A stretch of 64,000 nucleotides of DNA, from NCBI RefSeq assembly GCF_041956535.1, contig NW_027192193.1:574235-638234 (forward strand). Reading direction: 5' to 3'. Of this stretch, positions 22,027 through 34,301 are shown in pieces; position 1 is the first letter of the stretch; every line of letters begins with the position of its first letter. Source of the stretch: Calcarisporiella thermophila CBS 279.70 (taxonomy: Eukaryota; Fungi; Calcarisporiellomycota). The notes under the pieces were generated by a model. It saw only the letters and a list, made by a program, of their open reading frames with translations, was not told where the DNA came from and did no database searches. The position numbers and the translations under genes were made by a program.

Positions 22027-22946
22027 TTATAAATCACGACGCTTTTTTCGCGACCTCCTATCCGACCCTGACGATGAGCTAGAGCTTGAAGAAGAATATC
22101 CTGAGGAAGAATCGCTGTCAGAATCCGAACCACTGCTTGAATCCGAGGTGTCCGAGCTTGAGTCGCTGCTGCCTGATGAGGGGTGTGACCTTCTCCTCTT
22201 GCGCGACTTCTTCCTATCCACTGAGCTTCCGCCAGAGCTACTACTCTTGCTGCTATCACTGCTGCTTCCACTGCTTCTGCTGCTTCCACTGCTGCTGCTA
22301 CTGTCGCTATCACTCGAACTTGAATCCGAGTCCGAACCCGAACTCGAGCTGGACTCTGAATCACTGTCACTCTCCGACTCTGAGGAAGAACTAGAGGAGA
22401 GGTGGATTCGAATATAAGGCATGAGGTTCAATTATACTCTATTAGAGAGATTAAATTCATGCAATATTACCTATCTCTACGACGGCGCTTCTCCTTTTCT
22501 TTCTTTCGACTCTTTTCCTTCTCTTTTAAAATTTTATCAGCAAGCCCATTCCTAAAACAATGGCAATAGCAGCAAGCCCAATATTAGAAGAGAATAACGC
22601 AAAAAAGAGAGAGAGTAAATACAAACTTGCTTAAAAATTCAACAGGGATCTCTATATCGTGCAATTCAGGCGGTTTACCAAGCATCTGAGTTCGAGTTGG
22701 TCGACTCTTTGGGATCGCACGTTCGTTTTTGCACTCAAATGTATAATGACCATATTCTAAGCATTTCTGACACCTTGTTCCTGGGGTAGCCCGAGATGAA
22801 GTTTTGGGATATCTAGAAGAGTTAATCAACAGTGGGATTAGCGTTGGAGCTTTGGATGACCATTTGAGTTATCGAATCACAAAATTGTAAACATTAACAT
22901 CAGTATTCATAGAAACTCCATCGAACGTTTACCTTCTTTCGCTCAT
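22027..22946 (-). CDS. ZCCHC10-like zinc-knuckle protein with Ser/Asp-rich tail
   Basis: RCQKCLEYGHYTFECK...SRPTRTQML, basic KEKSRKKREKEKRRR segment, long (S/D)n low-complexity last exon; multi-exon. Confidence 0.8.
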
Positions 22947-23119
22947 TGAGGCAAACAATGGTGAAATCCCTCACTGCGTATAGAATCAGTTTCCACTCAA
23001 TCTTCCATTCACTGTGAAAATGGCTCAAAAGTGGGCAGAAAATTCTGTAAGCCACGAGTAGTCACAAACAAATATAAAGGGGAATATTTATAGGTATCCC
23101 CACTATTGACAGCCTATAA

Positions 23120-23803
23120 ATGTTCCATGAGACAAACATAACATCTCTCCCTTTCGAAGTATTGAGTTTCATTTTCATTCTCTCCGAGAATCCTCAGCTT
23201 CCGTACACATGTCGACTCTTGTACCAGGTTGCCTCCCATGAGCATGTTCGGCTGGAATGGCTCCTGCAACGCTATGGCCCATCTCCGATAAAAACCTTCT
23301 ACAAAGGGGTGCGGTGGCGCTTCTTCAACCTTAAGCTTCTCCACTACCTCGATACGCGCTACCAACAAGAGAACAAAACACAGGAGGTGATTCCGTTCAA
23401 GGATAGAGGAATTCCACGCCATTTCTTTAGTCGTATCGGCTCCGATACCGAGAGTAACAAGCGAGAAGCTGCCGAGGAAATGATACGCCTGCTACTTGAT
23501 CGCGGTGCTTCACCAGACAAACCTAGCGGCTATCCACTGATTAAATCTGCAAAGTTGGGTAGAGCCGACCTTGTTAAGCTGTTGCTGGATAAAGGGGCGC
23601 AAATTGACTTACGGGATAATATGGCCCTGCGGGTGTGCGCACTAGAGCCCAACTGGGAGCTTGTGCGGCTACTCATTGATCGGGGGGTAAAGCCGGATTC
23701 CCTTACATTGCAGGTGTGTGTCGAAAAGAATATGTGGGATATGGTTGACTTGCTTATAGATCACGGTGCTATTCCAAACATGGAGACCTTGCAACATATG
23801 TAA
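23120..23803 (+). CDS. F-box-like plus ankyrin-repeat protein
   Basis: Intronless 227 aa; N-terminal ITSLPFEVLSFIF; ankyrin-like LLLDRGA, PLIKSAKLGRADLVKLLLDKGA, LVRLLIDRGV, MVDLLIDHGA. Confidence 0.75.
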   Translation: MFHETNITSLPFEVLSFIFILSENPQLPYTCRLLYQVASHEHVRLEWLLQRYGPSPIKTFYKGVRWRFFNLKLLHYLDTRYQQENKTQEVIPFKDRGIPRHFFSRIGSDTESNKREAAEEMIRLLLDRGASPDKPSGYPLIKSAKLGRADLVKLLLDKGAQIDLRDNMALRVCALEPNWELVRLLIDRGVKPDSLTLQVCVEKNMWDMVDLLIDHGAIPNMETLQHM

Positions 23804-24260
23804 GAGAATAGTCGCGAATGACTTTCAATTCATCCAACGATGTGATTTTGCACGACAATTTTTCCTATCCCCTGTGTGCCTTGGATATATTTTTTATTTA
23901 TTTGCCGTTTTTTCTTTATTTTATTTTTGTTTATTATTTAATTTTTAATTGTATAGATTGTTCAATGCTACGGTGATTGATGGAGTAGGAGCAATGCCTA
24001 CACTGTGGAGCAGTGGTATTCCGGAGACATCACTGGCTTTCCATATATATATATTTTGAACCGGATGAAGAAAGGCAAGAAATAGAACAGGAATAATATT
24101 GACAATAAAAATTCAATTAAAATAAAAAAAAAAAATTATAAAGGAAATATAAAATGTGTCCAACCAATCAACCCCATTCCCACCCGTGTCTCTTTAGACT
24201 CACTAAGAGCTAGGAAAGTTGTATTGAGGATTTAGAGGCGAATGAGAATACATGCAACAG

Positions 24261-25550
24261 TTAGCAACTTACGGTGAGCCGCAGTATTACTTCCGGGTGA
24301 ATTTGATACCTCTCAGGTAATAGCCACGTTGGTATTTCTGGATCCGGTGCATTGCCATTGACTTCTTGCTGCTGTTGAGACGTTTGTGCGGTGGAAGGGT
24401 CCCTAGTCAGCCCCTGCAGATATGCAAAAAGTTGCTCCCCGGCCCTGACCACGATTTCGCACAAAGTGTCCACTCGTAATTGATACCCAGAGGATAGGAC
24501 CATTTCACAAAGCCCCTCTACCTCACCCTGCACCATAGCTTCCCGTACCGATTCCTGGTACGTCCCCTCCAGATGAGATTCAAGATAGAGTGATGTGACG
24601 CGGAACAAGTACCCATAAAAACGGGAGAAACGAAGCCGCTGTTCCCGCTTCGCACAAGCCTGGATCCAGGCGGGATCTCTCACTGATATAGACACGTCGC
24701 TCTCCTGTAGTCGCTTATGGATCAAATTCGGGAAGGAACGTGCCACTTCATCGCATTGGCTCTTCCACCGCGCCAAGAAAACACGCGGCAGGAAGGGCGC
24801 CTGCGGGAATTTCGTGCTGCGCCGACGGTATTTTGGATCATGTAGCATACGGAGTTGCGGGTTATGCAGATAGTATTCACGGGTTTTTAGACACATGTTT
24901 GCGTAAGTGAGAGGAAGTAGCCATTGGCGTACATTCTCGGCGATATCGGTGTCTGAGCGCGCGACCAGCACGCGTCTTAAGACCAAATCCTCCAACAAGC
25001 CAAGCAGTGTGCTGAATACTTCACGCCGACACAAAATATCGCCCTCGAGCTCCGTCACCTCTCGTATTGCGTCCATAAGGAGTACTGCGATACGCACACA
25101 GATTTCATGAACATGGATGTTGTGGAATTTGCCTTCTACTACCCGTTTCTCGACCATCACCGTAACTGCCCTGTCTTCAAGAGAGTAGCCGTCTTCGTCA
25201 GACTCATCATCATCCTTACTGATGTCATCAATGCCATTCATGAGATATTTCGTCTCCGGTCCATTTTCTGAATGGGCGCACAGAAGGGGAACAACCTCGC
25301 GTTCAAAATCTTGGAGGAGTCTAATGGCGCGCATGTGAAAAGGGAAATGCTTGTCGAGAAAATGAAGTCCAACCCCTCGAATAGAGCGTGAAACAGATAG
25401 CAAGCTCCACATATCATTGAAATCTAACTCTTCGAATATAAGGTACTGAATCTCAAGAGGGAGATCCTGAAACCCAGGCCTCGCCGTCGACGCCGCTACC
25501 GACAGATCAACATTACTCCGTGATTCCCTACCATCGAACTCATCCAACAT
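24261..25550 (-). CDS. F-box protein with uncharacterised C-terminal region
   Basis: Intronless 429 aa; FQDLPLEIQYLIFEELDFNDMWSLLSVSRSIR F-box. Confidence 0.75.
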   Translation of the reverse strand: MLDEFDGRESRSNVDLSVAASTARPGFQDLPLEIQYLIFEELDFNDMWSLLSVSRSIRGVGLHFLDKHFPFHMRAIRLLQDFEREVVPLLCAHSENGPETKYLMNGIDDISKDDDESDEDGYSLEDRAVTVMVEKRVVEGKFHNIHVHEICVRIAVLLMDAIREVTELEGDILCRREVFSTLLGLLEDLVLRRVLVARSDTDIAENVRQWLLPLTYANMCLKTREYYLHNPQLRMLHDPKYRRRSTKFPQAPFLPRVFLARWKSQCDEVARSFPNLIHKRLQESDVSISVRDPAWIQACAKREQRLRFSRFYGYLFRVTSLYLESHLEGTYQESVREAMVQGEVEGLCEMVLSSGYQLRVDTLCEIVVRAGEQLFAYLQGLTRDPSTAQTSQQQQEVNGNAPDPEIPTWLLPERYQIHPEVILRLTVSC

Positions 25551-26004
25551 CGCCTATACTTGTTTTTATCAGTTTCTTATTGTGACTTCAACCGCTGAAA
25601 CTTCATATAGCGCTTCGTTTGTGTGATGGATTAAGTTAGCTAGAGTACCAGACAACCTCCAATTATTAAAACTATCAATGTAATTCTTTCGTGGCTTGGC
25701 TCCCGTTTTAATAGTCGAATTCTCGACAAGATCCTCCACTCAATTGAGTGGCAAGGATTTTGCACACCTCGAAAGAAGGACTTCACATTTCTTTGTTTTT
25801 TTTTCTCCTTCTTAGTGTATTCACTATACATTGATATCGTCCATTAATATGAGTGTTTATTTATCTGTCCTTTATCGTGTAAAATCCCGAAATCAAAAAT
25901 ATAAATAAAAATATTTACAACTGGAAAAATGGAAATAAAATGAAAGACTTTACTCGTACACTGTTTAACATGAAAACTGATTAATGAAAAAAAAACTCTG
26001 TGAA

Positions 26005-29000
26005 CTATAGCGGCCACATCTTCTCGGTCTTGTAGATCACGCCATCATTTCTGACTAGCAATACCGGCACCTTCCATTTTAAATTCTCGACCTCCGGTGG
26101 GACCCAGCATGTCATGACATCGCTACACCTTTGTTCGGTTTGCACACTGGGCACTTCGCCGAACCACACGCTCAGTCCAGGGGTGAAATTCTTTCCGTAC
26201 ACGGTGATCCTTCGCCCTTCATGCTCCTCGGAGTTCGCGAGAGAGTGGCCGCTATTGTTAGCCGAGGGGTGTTGTTGGAATGCGGACAGTTGCTCGCTAG
26301 ACGTGGTCAATAGCTGCATCACGACGGGTATTGGCGTGACGGGTATAGCCAGGGGAGATAACAGTTGACTTAGTGGGGAAGTGTTGCCGGAGACATTGCT
26401 ATGTGGGGCGAAAAACTTGAAAAATGCTGAGTCGGTGCCGACAATGGTCCACACGGCGGCATCGGTGATGTCCTCTGTCCAGCCTTCCAGTGGAGCATCG
26501 CTCGTGGCCAGGGGTTGCTGGCTATTTTGGGACATTTCAATCATGGACTCTAAACGGTGTAAATTCGCCTCTACCCCACTAGTGCTATTTACACGTTGCC
26601 GATTTTTGGAAAGCAGCTTTCCAGACGCAGGCGAGGACGACAGTGAACCCGAGTGCTGCGGAGGGGCATTATTGGATGGCCGGCCAATCGGGATCGGAGC
26701 AGTACGTCGTCTACGTGAGGTCTTACTGTTTGCGTCGTCTCCATTCCTAGGTTCGGAGGCAGGGCGTCCCGCACCGGATCCCTCGGATGTAGGTGAGGGC
26801 TTGCGCGAGGGCGGCGACACTTGGAGAGTCTTACGGGAACCAGGCACCGCATGGATACAGCTCACGCCTTCAGGTAAACAGGCAAGATACTCGCCAGGTT
26901 GGTTGAAATCGCCGTGATTGAAACTCGGATCGCGAATCTCGAACGCCACCTTTTGTAGCTGGGAAACAGGGTCACCAATTGCTACCATCCAATGGCCATC
27001 CGTTAGCATTGAACTCAAAACTATTTTTCTCAGAGCAATCCATTTTACCTTCTTCGCCTCCCAGTCCTCCCAACTGGGTTATCCCGTCCCCCTCCATCTG
27101 CACGTCTTCGCTGTGAGCAGCCCCACCTCCGACCACCCAGTTCCCTTTGTCTACCTTGCGTATCACCATAATGGGACTCACCTTCCCGGTAGCCAAACAC
27201 TGCAAAACCACCGGTTGATTGTAGTGGATAGGTATTGGATTATGATTGCCTTTGGCTGGCCGATAGGCTAGAGGCGGGCGCGATATGTGGGCAGGAACAC
27301 TGGGATTGCTGTCACAAGTGCTAAGATTTTCGTGCAGTTGTGACATTTGGCCGTTGGAGAAGCAAGATTGGGCCTGATCGGGACTGTTTTTGCTCAAATC
27401 CACCAGCCAAATGATGTATGCATCCCAGCTATCCGACCGGCTAACAAAAGAGATCTGTTCGTCCTGTTGGTGCTTCTCACTTTCTCCAGAGCTCCAGGGC
27501 CAGTAAGTAGGCAACTTCTGCGAGTCACGGGAACTGCCGAGGTATTTGGTTGAGACGGTCTGAGAGCGAAGACGATTGAATAGCGATATCGTACTTCCGT
27601 GATGAATGCATACTAATGGAGGAGGGAGAGGCACGAACCAAACATAAAATCGGGGGGAAAAAATAAGTGGAATTCCAACTGGCGACAGAAAGCATATCAA
27701 CTTACGATCCATGTTCTTCAAGCTCTGCCTCTTCTTGCTCGGTTTCGAAATGACCTTAATTGGCTTGCTTGCGAAATCCCCTAAATGCGATTCCTCAGCG
27801 TCTGCCCTTACAACGACCTCCACCTTCCTTCGCTTTTCATCTGCATCATTAATATGCAGCTGTTTAGACACGCACTGGCCCAGAAGAGTGGGCTCACTCG
27901 AGCTCACACCCGGTTTTGCCTTTGTGCCTGCCTTGGTGAACCACTCCAGTGAGCCTTGCTGTTGGATGACTTCCCCCGTAATACTCACCGTTAGCCTCGG
28001 TTGCGAGGACTGACCGGCTTGCCCATCGTTCTCCAGCGACCGATTCCAGGAAGGTCCGAGGAGGAGCGTGGTGGGCGGGGGGGTCAAGAAGCGTTTCTCT
28101 GTCCCATAAGATTTTTGCGCAACTTTTGGAGTCGCAATAAGAATGCATTTCTCGCCGATTTCGCCTGGATTTGGGCTCGCAAGATAGTAGCGGACTATTT
28201 CCTTTAACAGGGGCATGCTCAGGGCTGCCCCGTCTCTTGCCGGCGAAAGACCCGCTAAAGAGGAAGCAAAGGGTTCTTCTCGTTTTGAATCGGCGGGGCT
28301 TAGCTCTTGCATCGATGAAGGAGTGTCATAGGCTGCATCGAGGGGCTGTGTTGTTAGGTGGGTTGAAGAATTATCAGAAAGGAACTGATCCGACGGTAAA
28401 CCATCGACTTTAAAATGCATATCAGAAAGCCTCTGTAAACACTCGGACACCGGCTTCAAATCCGCTGCATACTGCCTCATCGCAGCACCCATATCGCATT
28501 CTGCAGAATTACACCCGTCATTTCCCGCCGGCACGATTATATCTGATGTAGATGAAATATTCGGGAGAGACCCGAGTGTGTCAAGGAAAGAAGAGGACAA
28601 GTAAGCAGGGGAATCTGAAGTTGTCGTAGAGGGTAAATGCGATTGGCCGGCAAACTGATTCCTGTCCAGTCCAAACTGCTCGAAACCATCAAGCAAGTTC
28701 CTCTGTACCGATTCTGAGAGGCCCTCCTCGGTCCTCGTGTGAGAAGGGTTCTGGTGATGTGAATAGAGCAATTGCGACGTTTTCAGAGGAGATCCGTTAG
28801 GATATTCGGGAACAAGAATGTAGTTGCTCCCAACTTCCGTAAATGATGTTGGCTGTGAGCTGGGAAGATCTTGGAAGTTTTTGAGGGTATCCATAAATGA
28901 CTCATCGAACATGATAGAGTCCAAGTTGAGTTCGTTGGAGGTCGGTGGTAGATGGGTTTGTTCCCTCGACACGAATGCATCACCATTATCATCGTCCAGA

Positions 29001-29218
29001 AGATAAGCCATGGAAGTATCCCATGAATGTAGGTCGTCCGCATGTGATCCATTGCTTGTGTCATTTGAGGAGGATTTTACTGTAGATTCCTTCGGAGTAG
29101 AGGGCGTGGACAGCACGTACTCGGACCAGGCGTCATTGGACCAGAGGGATGTCTGCCCTTGGGAATACTCTGCTGTTGCACCCGACTTGCTGTCGTGTGG
29201 AAATATGGGCAGCTCCAT
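26005..29218 (-). CDS. CSL (CBF1/Su(H)/LAG-1) family transcription factor, fungal Cbf11/Cbf12-like
   Basis: KVAQKSYGTEKRFLTPPP, KQLHINDADEK, SKPIKVISKPSKKRQS, LFNRLRSQTVSTKYL, GDPVSQLQKVAF, WTIVGTD, IPT-like end (VYGKNF..VWFG, LLVRNDGVIY). Introns at 27613-27705 and ~26983-27048. Confidence 0.92.
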
Positions 29219-30414
29219 CGCTAGGATTGTCAATGTAGGGTGAAATAGACAAACACAATCGACGAGTTGAAGTAGAGACGGGAGGTGATATTATTTTTTT
29301 GGTGGGGAAAACGGAATCGTACAAATATTTGTTGACCTCAGTCAAAAACCTAAATATACTTAGGTTAGTAAAAGCAGTTCGCTATGCTCCATGCTTTGAT
29401 CCTCGACTATTAGTAATGGAAATGTGGTGTATTTCGTTCAACCTTGGGCTTTTCTCCCGATAAATTCAATGTCAGCTCAAGACACAGCTTGTCATTTCTT
29501 CTGGACATAAGTTACGTCTGAGATTGTCGCCTCCATTTCTGCCTTACCGCGTTAGCGAAGGACTCCATGGGACGCCTCAAGGTAATTTAATCGCCACTAA
29601 ATGAGCATGGCTGATAAAAGGCTAAATCTGCGAAATCAAAGAAATGCTCAAATTCCACCCACCCATGGTTCATGGGAATTGAAGTAGTGAAAAAGCAAGT
29701 GTAGTTCTATTATTCAGTTATTTATATGGTACAAAAAGATTATTTTAAGATATTTAAGGCAGGGGAATGCAATGAGAAAATGGAACATAGATTTAGCATT
29801 TATTATTCGAGTATATACAATCCTCACAAACCGAAACTCTTCAGGTGGTTGGATGTTGCGCATGGTCTCCATTGTAACAGATGAGATTATTTACCCGGAT
29901 CAGCAACCCTAATTTCTCCAGAACTCTCCAAAAGATGTTGAAACATTGCAATACCTTCGTCAGCTTACCTAAGAACCTCTATCCTGACAAAGATAGATAC
30001 TTCGGCTCAATGCATGCCCGAGAGGCGCCCTCCTATATTTGCCGAAGATCTAGAGGAAATTCGGCCTTAGCTGAGCTATTCACTGAGGGAGAGGAGCCTC
30101 CACACAAATAACTTGATCGATGGGTAGACTCTAATATTCCCCCAATGAGTAATTTTGGTTTTCCTAATGGGGGCCCTGCCTACACATCATTTTAGAAATT
30201 CCTATTTCATATCGTCCGAAAATGGGTTTGTTATATAATTCACTCATATTTCACCTCCCAAAGTCATCACACCTTTTCTGCTCCATTCCTTCTGCATCCT
30301 TCCATACTAACTAGAAACTAGCCTTGAAACAATCGCGCTCATTATCTTCCAACCAGTCGGTCATTATCTGCTCCTCTCGCTCTACCACTCCTCTCTTAAA
30401 TTGAAATTGCTGAT

Positions 30415-30684
30415 ATGACTCTCGACACCCTAATATACACTCGTTTCATTCATGAACCCTTCCCGCGCCCAACCACCGCCTATAAAAGTCAGAGTGATCG
30501 AATTCGAGACGACCATTCTTCCACTCCAACCAAACGCCGCCGCTCTTCTGTACAGGATTTGACAGAATGGAGCAGTGGAAATGGAATGGCGGAAATGGAG
30601 CTGGAGTGGTGCAAATGCTGGCGACGTCGTAAACTGAAGGAGATAGAACTAGAGCCTATTTTCGAAGATCCGTTTGAAGAATGA
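30415..30684 (+). CDS. Hypothetical 89-aa protein
   Basis: ATG-initiated ORF between a pyrimidine-rich leader and an AT-rich trailer; KRRRSS, RRRKLK and C-terminal LEPIFEDP. No family recognised. Confidence 0.5.
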   Translation: MTLDTLIYTRFIHEPFPRPTTAYKSQSDRIRDDHSSTPTKRRRSSVQDLTEWSSGNGMAEMELEWCKCWRRRKLKEIELEPIFEDPFEE

Positions 30685-31018
30685 AGATTTATTTTTGTAA
30701 TTAAATTACTCGATATTTTATAATGTATGTCCTACTTAATTAAATCTGCCTGAACAAAGTCTAATATATTCTTCACAATATAAGAATGGAAAACAAAAAT
30801 GTGCAAGTTCATGGAAAAACCAAGCATTTATTTAAACTAGTTAAGCCCCTAAAAAAAACGACCAAGAGAACTTTATACCAAAATGAAAGACAATAATGAA
30901 CAGATAATCAACAGAGGTGAGATTTGTTGTAGTTCACAAAACAAAAAAAAAAAATATAAAAGAAAGGATCAGACCTCTCTAATTGTTTTCGAAGTCCTCT
31001 TTTTATTACATACAATAC

Positions 31019-31838
31019 TTATTTGGACTCTTTTTCCTCGGCCAGAGCATCCTTGACAGTTTGCTGCAGTTTGCTAATATGGCTGTCAACCTCGCGTTCA
31101 TTCTCAATTAAAAAGCTGCGAAGGAAGCGAGAATACAAGACCTCCGCACCCTATTCATATATCCATGACGATTAGCTACTATGTCCCCTCGAAACGAAAA
31201 AACAGAGATGGAAACTTACGCGGAATTGAGGGAGGATCAACCACAGAAGGAAAGCAGTTTTGAAAAGGAACTAAGGGCGGGAATTAGAAAATATATAATT
31301 TCAGCCCAAATTAATACTTAAACCTACATAGAAAGGTATCCAGAATAGCAAGAGGTCCGTGAAGTGCTCAAGGAGAGAAAAGAAGCCATATACGGTCCAG
31401 TAGGTCAACCTAGAAAATAGAAATGAAAATGAGAGTATTTATCTACACTCAAAATCGGACATTTATTTACCATTGGGTGTCGTCGTTGGTTTCCCTTGTC
31501 TCCAGTGCTTTGAACGATTTGTATACTGAAAAAACACGCGAAATATAAACAAAACTAGAAACAATGACTAACATCTTGGCATTTTACTCACCCGGATAGA
31601 TCACGCCAATGAGATTAGTAATGAGCTGGCCGAAAATGTTGAAGAAGATGAGAATAAATGAGAGCAAGGCTGCTCCGCTCACCATGTGGACCTTGTCGAT
31701 ATTGGTTGTTTTCTCAAGATCGCAAAAGAAGGGGCTTTTCGAGAGCTCCTTGTCGAGCTGACGGTAGTAGTAATCATACTTGGTCTTGAGATTATTAACG
31801 ATTTGCTGCTGATGCTGTGGTTGTTGCTGGGTGGACAT
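31019..31838 (-). CDS. YOP1: ER membrane-shaping protein Yop1/REEP (TB2/DP1/HVA22)
   Basis: QLDKELSK..LEKTT, GQLITNLIGVIYP-YKSFKALD, DDTQWLTYWTVYGFFS, LLFWIPFY, FLLWLILPQFRGAEVLY; multi-exon. Confidence 0.92.
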
Positions 31839-32296
31839 TTTCTGGCTCGATTTTTACTTTAAAAGATGTTTTTTTTTAATGTTGTAAAGCACAAACAAGA
31901 AGCGGGTGAAAACAAGAACAAGTTTAGAATAGGGAAGCTTTTTTCAAGCGTGAAGAATCCTAAAGTGGCGTAGAGAAAATTCTTACTGGCTGATAGTTAT
32001 CGGAAAAACAAAATAGATAGCGACAAAGAGAAGGTAAATTCTATGTGTGGTGGCTCCATTCAAACTCAAGTCCTCATAGCCGTATACACATATAAACTAT
32101 ATACGTCTGAATAGCCTCTGGTTTCTAGTCGAGGGTACCGGAAATGATGGGGACTAATTTATCTTTTACTTTATATCTGTCATAAAAACAATATGCGTAT
32201 ACAATGAATCCATACAATTGTGAAATAAAGACTGCTGGTTTTGTTAAGGTTGGCAAGTTTAAATACAAAAGATCCGATCCTTCCGCCCTAAACCTC

Positions 32297-32962
32297 TTAA
32301 AACAGGGATACCAATGAAGCTATAATGGCGAGCACACTCATCTTCCCATACTCAAAGGCATGAGCGCTGCTCTTGGCATTTTCGGATGGTTTTGGATTCG
32401 ACGCAGTCGCGGACGCGGACCCACTCTTGGATAAGCTATCGGAGCCCGTGGGAGAAGCCGAGGGCACAGCACTAGTGGGGACGGTGGTACCCGTTTGTTT
32501 TGAAACGCTCGCGGATGAAGACGAGGGCTGAGCAGTGCTCGCCGAACTGACGATAGTCATGCTCCCCTCGCCGGGTGGCTGGGATCCGGGGCAGTATGCC
32601 ACCCCTCGGTTTGGACAGCATGGATCTGTATTGTGAAGGAGACACTTCGAGGGACATTCGGGCGGACAGGGCGGTGTGATTTGGATACACATCTTTTCAG
32701 CGCACGTCGGGGGAGGTTGCGAGGGACAATTGGGGCAATCTTTAGAAGAAGGGAGAGCTATAAGAAAAAGAACGCTTTATACGATCAAGCCGGGACATAC
32801 CAGTGGGGAAGCTCGAGACAGAGAACTGGCTCGCTAGCGGCAAGAATCAATCAGTGTTAAAGCCCAACTAATGAAGTGGAGGCGCTTACCTGACGTTGCC
32901 CCCAGGGCAAGAGTCGAGGTAGCAACAAGGGCCAAGGGAAGAAGAACGATCGCACCCTTCAT
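32297..32962 (-). CDS. Small secreted Cys/Pro-rich, Ser/Thr-tailed, probably GPI-anchored protein
   Basis: Signal peptide MKGAIVLLPLALVATSTLA; 3 exons; 10-Cys module DCPNCP...CAEKMC...CPPECPSKC...CCP...YCP; S/T stalk; hydrophobic C-terminus. Confidence 0.75.
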
Positions 32963-34301
32963 GGAAAAGTCGAGACAGCGCTGTACAATAGTAGAGCGGA
33001 AATGGGGAGCGTCAGGGAGGGCCTGTCGCTTATATAGTTGCCGGACCCAAGAACCCATTTGATTTCTTGGTTTACATAATATTGGCTACACCAATTCACA
33101 CCTCGTTGAACTCTAAACCAAAGCAATTTGTTCACTACGTCGGTTACGCACATAATGGAAGACAAACTTTCTGCATCCTTATTTGTTTAATTCGCAGTAG
33201 AGCCAAGGGCTGGCCGCTCTCGATCCAATTCGCTCCCCTTGCTCGCCGTCTTTCCCGGCCGTTATTCTCTCAACCTTACCCAGACCGGATCACATGATAC
33301 CTCTAAATAATCAAATAGCACCGCGGACTGGCCCTTTATCAACGAGAAATCACGGCGAACCAACCGTAAAAGCACTTGGAGGGTTAATTGTTCTTCTTCG
33401 GATCCCTGGTGAGATCAGGAGTTCTCGTGTTCTTTGAGAGCGGTGCTTAACCTCCTCCTGCAGCTAAGGTTTCCATGCCATATGTTTGGAGTTTCTTCTT
33501 TCAAAGAATCTTGTAATCTTTCATAAAGCATGCCAATAAATAAGATATAAGTTAAGCTGGTCCTCCAGTGGCTCAACCGCTCCAGACCTTGATTTTTTTT
33601 TTGCCGAGAGAAATTTCCTAGTTGCGATGCAGTAGGCATTCTACACGTTTCTGAACGAAGGATGTCCCGAATTACAATGCAATTAATGTTTACGTCAACT
33701 TTGCATAATCGTGACCTTGCGCGGATTAAATTCTCCCTGGGCGGGTCACTGGGTCTGGGTATTTTAGCCTATAGTCTATTATCAGGTAACATCATGACGA
33801 AATCACCACTGGCCAATTTATACTTAAATGAGGCGTGTGCTTGGCTTCATGGGTGCTATTAAGCATATCTCATGCTGACTGGACGAAGGTTATCAATAGT
33901 TGTCATCCAGATATTCTCATTTAATGACGCTAACGGCGAAGGTCGGTACCGACAGTTTGGCTACAATACTGCTCATAGATTCTACATCGATAAGAATATA
34001 CCTTTAGTATATCTGGTATACATTATCGAATATATTAACCAAATACCCAATTTGCGGTCAGCAGCAATATCTTGGCGACAATATTGTTACTATATAGTTA
34101 AAATATCCTAGCTACAGATTTCCATCTTTTCTTAACATTAATACTTCTAATCCCCTACTTGCAGATTTGACAGTAAATGAATTTGTGACTGGTGTTCCAC
34201 CCTTGTCGAAATTTGGCTTCGAGCCGATTTCACACGTTCGAATGATTAGCAGTTTTCGCGCCTTTTCTTCCCAATTCCTACTCTCTTCAAAACGAAAAAT
34301 C

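Noticed and set aside
22086-22417. Poly-Leu and Cys-rich ORFs on the + strand
   Set aside because: Antisense reading of the Ser-rich ZCCHC10-like exon.
26972-27050. Apparent frameshift between the two CSL ORFs
   Set aside because: Explained by a canonical intron (GTAAAA...GCTAAC...TAG); not a pseudogene or recoding site.
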